Source: Bacillota bacterium
Lineage (GTDB): Bacteria; Bacillota; Sulfobacillia; JAJZYS01; JAJZLH01
Assembly (NCBI GenBank): GCA_021803575.1
Contig: JAJZLH010000005.1
Coordinates: 1 to 63,793 of the forward strand
DNA: 63,793 bases
Direction of reading: 5' to 3'
Part shown: positions 62,785 to 63,793 of the stretch, in pieces
Numbering within the stretch: the first letter of the stretch is position 1
How the letters are laid out: every line of letters starts with the position of its first letter
Notes under the pieces: generated by a model
What the model was told of the DNA's origin: nothing
Seen by the model: only the letters and a program-made list of their open reading frames with translations
The model's database searches: none
Position numbers and translations under genes: made by a program

Positions 62785-63180
62785 CTAGACCAAGGCAAAG
62801 CCTTGGTCTGTGAAGTGTCGGTCCCAGGCAAACGCCGTGTCGATGCCGAGAGTTCGCATCAGCACGAAGCTGACGCAGTCAACGAGGCTGAGTTGCCGGC
62901 GAGCAGCCAAGAGGAGCCCAGACGCCCCAGCAGCAAAGGTTGCCTGATCGACCCACTGCACGTCCAAGAGGGGCGTGATTTCCTCATGCATGGTGCGTAC
63001 GGCCTCCAAGCCAAGCCGGCTCTGCAGCAACGCATAGGTCTCGACCAGCACAAAGCTGGACGTGATCAGCACCTCCCGAGAGTCCACCAACCTCTCCCAG
63101 GCATTGAGAGCAGCCTGATGGTTCGTCTCTGAGCGGTTGAGCAGCGTGAGCAGGGCCGAGGTATCAACGAACGTCGCCAT
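62785..63180 (-). CDS. vapC: PIN-domain toxin (VapC family)
   Basis: MATFVDTSALLTLL...SSFVLVETYALL...LSLVDCVSFVLM...AFAWDRHF fits the PIN pattern. Start ATG 63180 lies inside the 3' end of the antitoxin gene (17-nt overlap). Confidence 0.8.
   Translation of the reverse strand: MATFVDTSALLTLLNRSETNHQAALNAWERLVDSREVLITSSFVLVETYALLQSRLGLEAVRTMHEEITPLLDVQWVDQATFAAGASGLLLAARRQLSLVDCVSFVLMRTLGIDTAFAWDRHFTDQGFALV
62788..62808. terminator. Perfect 9-bp stem / 3-nt loop hairpin (GACCAAGGC-AAA-GCCTTGGTC) at the 3' end of vapC; no U-tract
   Basis: Read directly from the sequence. It is formed by the last seven vapC codons and abuts the TAG stop (62785..62787). It sits between vapBC and the glyQS promoter. 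Confidence 0.35.
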
Positions 63181-63427
63181 CGGCGGCGAACGCCTCCCCG
63201 AGGTAGCGGTCGTGTCCTTCGCCGAGATCTGTGACCTTGCTGTCGAAGCGCTGGAGGCGCACCTTGAGCCTTTCCAGGTGCGCGGCACCAGATCTGTTGG
63301 CCTGAGACCTGAGCTGGGCGTCCACACCCTGGCGGATCAACGCCGCCACCGACACGCCCTGCTCAGCCGCCAGCCTGCGCAGTGCCGACGCCTGGCCCTC
63401 TTCCAGCTGAATCTGGATACGAATCAT
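63164..63427 (-). CDS. Ribbon-helix-helix (CopG/VapB-type) antitoxin
   Basis: MIRIQIQLEEGQASALRRLAAEQGVSVAALIRQGV fits the RHH pattern. The RBS AGGAGAG lies 5 nt upstream of ATG 63427. Confidence 0.75.
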   Translation of the reverse strand: MIRIQIQLEEGQASALRRLAAEQGVSVAALIRQGVDAQLRSQANRSGAAHLERLKVRLQRFDSKVTDLGEGHDRYLGEAFAADGDVR

Positions 63428-63564
63428 GTGATCTCTCCTACATCATGACATCGTTCACGCATATCATGCTATCACTGTGACCACCTTGTGCCCAGCCCCC
63501 ACGCAGGCGGCGGTCGCCGCCCGAGTATGGCTGTCCGGCGCCCCGGGGACTGCCGCGGCCGGAC

Positions 63565-63627
63565 TTACAGAATCCTGACCACGATGATGATGATGATCAC
63601 CACGACGATGATGCCGATGATGCCCAC
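63565..63627 (-). CDS. Putative 20-aa hydrophobic peptide MGIIGIIVVVIIIIIVVRIL
   Basis: I translated it manually. GTG 63627 lies 6 nt after a near-consensus GGAGGTGA, and the stop is TAA 63567..63565. It is too short for the supplied ORF track. Confidence 0.4.
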   Translation of the reverse strand: MGIIGIIVVVIIIIIVVRIL

Positions 63628-63793
63628 CTTTTCACCTCCCAGGCGAAGTCGCTCGCCGCGCTGATCCGCCTGCCGGGTATCCCCCCGGTTCTGGCTACAA
63701 TTCCAGTTTATGCTATTTCACCGCTCGGCGTACATCTTCCTGTTCCGGGCCAAGATGTGCGCGCGTCGGCTCGGCCGCCGAACAGGCCCGGCC

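Noticed and set aside
63565-63627. The Ile/Val-rich mini-ORF as a branched-chain amino-acid attenuation leader peptide
   Set aside because: The downstream genes are a vapBC pair, not ilv/leu genes. I could not find alternative terminator and antiterminator pairings with a U-tract. A small membrane or toxin-like peptide fits better.

Overview
The window is a high-GC bacterial chromosome segment; most genes look about 65-75% G+C by eye. The syntenic block glyQ-glyS-PPDK regulator-ppdK-dgt-dnaG-rpoD, a glycine T-box leader and SLH-anchored giant surface proteins suggest a high-GC Bacillota-like organism of the Limnochordia/Symbiobacterium/Thermaerobacter type. That assignment is inference only. 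Positions 1..~12040 form a visibly lower-GC accessory island that abuts the 3' ends of a tRNA-Val/Met/Asn cluster. The island carries four modules. (i) A translationally coupled two-gene module, a winged-helix protein plus a GHKL/MORC-like ATPase, which I cannot assign to any named defence system; this is my top candidate for an undescribed system. (ii) An orphan DndB-like DGQHR protein. (iii) An ISL3-type transposase remnant. (iv) An Eco57I-style Type IIG restriction-modification enzyme with a separate beta-class methyltransferase. The remainder is mostly core or semi-core. It includes a sedolisin protease, two giant SLH surface proteins and a decayed ISAzo13-like transposase. It also holds a MarR/MFS pair, a tyrosine recombinase and a kaiC-kaiB-PAS/GGDEF(degenerate)/EAL operon without kaiA. 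There are three antitoxin-VapC pairs (two Phd, one RHH), a SARP-type STAND regulator and a P-loop ATPase downstream of rpoD. Oddities include a conserved dgt N-terminus with no canonical start codon, a chain of GTGA start/stop overlaps, 147-bp near-identical tandem repeats inside a Kelch propeller, and a 20-codon Ile/Val-only ORF with a strong RBS. Many long ORFs in the supplied track are antisense or off-frame shadows of real high-GC genes, and I rejected them. I saw no CRISPR array and no rRNA.
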